This document shows, piece by piece, positions 48,901-50,000 of a stretch of DNA of 50,000 bases. The DNA lies in the NCBI GenBank assembly GCA_951406725.2, contig CATOCA020000028.1, positions 1 to 50,000 of the forward strand. Reading direction: 5' to 3'. Each line of letters opens with the position of its first letter. The stretch's first letter is position 1. Under the pieces are notes generated by a model. That model had not been told where the DNA came from and searched no databases. It saw only the letters and a list, made by a program, of their open reading frames with translations. A program made the translations under genes and the position numbers. Source of the stretch: Octopus vulgaris (lineage: Eukaryota).

Positions 48901-49390
48901 CACTGTTGCCTTTTCTATCTGGACACGAGCCAACATAATCTACATCCGCTTTGCAAATTGTGTTAAAGTCTCCTAGCACCACTAATGAATGCGAAGTACC
49001 AAGAAAGTTTTCTAGTTCACGAAAATAATCACTTTGCCCTGTATGGTTGGGTGCGTAAATTGCAACCAGTCTGATAACTTTACCATTACTGAACGTCAAA
49101 TCCATGACGACCAGCCTACCTTCTGGATCTGCAAAAATTAACTTTTTCTCAGAAACCCGGTTTCTTTTTAATAGGACCAACACCCCACTCCCGCCTGTAG
49201 GACTGCCAGGAGAGAAAAAACTCTCGTAGCCGTCAAACAGCGGGAGTAGATCTCTTGGCCCCTCTAGCCGGGTTTCTGTAGCAACAATAACATCTAAATT
49301 ACGCGACCTGATATCATGCAGGAAGCGACCTTGCTTCCAGCCTGCTCCCAGGCCGCGCACATTTAAACAACCAACATAAATGTAATCCAT
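45995..49390 (-). CDS. Intact ORF2, 1131 aa: APE endonuclease, RT, zinc finger
   Basis: Uninterrupted ORF with all APE and RT catalytic motifs (ETRL, GDFN, SDH, YADD). Confidence 0.95.
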   Translation of the reverse strand: MDYIYVGCLNVRGLGAGWKQGRFLHDIRSRNLDVIVATETRLEGPRDLLPLFDGYESFFSPGSPTGGSGVLVLLKRNRVSEKKLIFADPEGRLVVMDLTFSNGKVIRLVAIYAPNHTGQSDYFRELENFLGTSHSLVVLGDFNTICKADVDYVGSCPDRKGNSGFMELLSRFELADPYRLEFPNAPLWTWSNSDGSSRSYLDRILIRKVDSKIAKCPQFYPISYSDHKMVTCKLDIDKVKNRGSGYWKLNTSLLAIKEYKDRIRNIIQRALSGTIINNKWWYALKRAIKFESIRYSIGVVAREARRETTLVKELEEAMKTGSAAQVAAKRLVLNQHLEAKHMGCIVRARIRHMGCEGINAVRWARVVEAQHGNDATIRSLTNQQGELINEPEEMCEAFQEHFAQLFGECGGLDRRRAFTDLLDGLPRLSGRDAEGCEGPITPEEVVEAMADCGAGKAPGLDGLPYELYKSMPDLFGHLLAEVYANWQQNGLIPRSVRRGVVTLVRKDPSKGECIDNFRPITLLNTELKILAKVLSKRLARVADGLIGGAQTCAVPGRSIQDNLHLMRYTIEGFNSDSGKGGALVHLDQSKAFDRVDHRYLVSALAQFGLSLGFLRWIIEIYDNIDSVVRVNGFLSKPFKIKRSVRQGCPLSPLLYVMALEPLLRKLSGIPRQPGNGKSVSAYADDITIIVTEMDHLCKVGKAIEVYETVTGAKVNREKSVGLQLGTWRGKSMPPDSVVGRWTEGPIKLLGVWFGPDLQIEKNWGEVTSKVAAVAKTWSWRWLSLKGRAEVANVFIASVITYRLSVVPCPDSWLIKLERQLFYFLWKGGKPLVKRSTCCQQPLKGGLGMPWLMMRRHALRLRHLWLYLDGERVWSSLAKLMFPKFTSFGGWETWLNRRSKLGTWYTECRKALLLFRRSGNACGGGSTTFFYRGLVEAECEDTLGETLGLDDNQLASLFRRTFEPRTLDNFQKSLAWQCYRGALPVRDKLARHGGQDSPICPRCGRDRETVPHAIVHCPDVSEVWVYAEHLLSGTRRVQLSTESITKIDPPDFLVNEGKFRFLVVVAIAKEVIWKTRMKGLQSGKFISGPGLMNYFIFHLKRKIGLERICLTRRAYEERWKDVARKLRMKVTT

Positions 49391-49398
49391 TACTTACC

Positions 49399-50000
49399 TT
49401 ATATCGGTAGTTTGGCTTTTTCGGCGGTTTCGCCTTCTTCTTCATTTTTTTCTTTGGCTCGTGGGGGAGTCCGACGTAGGCCCTCGTATAGATATGGAGA
49501 CATGTCCAGTCTCAGAGGGCCCACGTCGTGGAAGAACTCGGATTTTATCCTCCTGTAGTCCTTCCGGCCTATTTTATATATGATGAAGTCTTTCATCTTC
49601 CTTACACGTTCCACCTTGGCCATGGCTGCCAACACATTGACAAGTCTGTTGTTAGTAGCCTTAATGGCCATAAATGAAGAAGTAACCTCTTTCCTTTTCT
49701 TTAGGTTTTCTTCTTCTTGAGGGGTGGTTTCAGTTTTCCGTTTTTTTTTGGTAACTTTAGACCACCCCTCCTCTTTTCGTTTTCTTTTTCCTTTTCTGCA
49801 GCTTTTTCCACCTCTTTGGTTTCCTTTTTTTCCTCCGTTTCTTCTTTCTCCGACGGTTCTTCTGTCTGCGGTTTCGGTTGACACTCCGCTCTCACGTGCC
49901 CCTTCTTTCCGCAGCCGAAGCACCTCGGTTTTCTTCCTTCTACGAATACTAGAACTCGCTCCTCCTCATCTAGCCTCAGCACCTCTGGTATTTCTTCCAG
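49399..50000 (-). CDS. ORF1 3' half (partial, one frameshift)
   Basis: CFGCGKKGHVRAEC, ending ETAEKAKLPI*. Confidence 0.8.

Larger units (their letters stand above)
45745..50000 (-). mobile_element. Tx1-like LINE unit 5 (5' part beyond window)
   Basis: 3' UTR, intact ORF2 and the 3' half of ORF1. Confidence 0.95.

Overview
Repeat-dense animal genomic DNA. The SINE families and microsatellite load suggest a coleoid cephalopod, probably Octopus (inference). No host protein-coding gene can be supported. The left part (1-23.3 kb) is a patchwork of three tRNA-derived SINE families, long microsatellites and two small tandem repeats carrying hammerhead-like motifs. It also holds a 70-bp hairpin satellite next to a 2.1-kb (GGCTC)n tract and nested, decayed Tc1/mariner transposons. 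The right part (23.3-50 kb, running off the window) is a spacer-less head-to-tail array of ~5.3-kb Tx1/L1-clade non-LTR retrotransposons on the minus strand: four complete units plus one partial, with a CCHC-knuckle ORF1 and an APE-RT-zinc finger ORF2. The array is anchored on a diverged 1.3-kb ORF1-only derivative. All five junctions are identical, two ORF2 subtypes occur as mosaics, and the LINE 3' tail is shared with one local SINE family.
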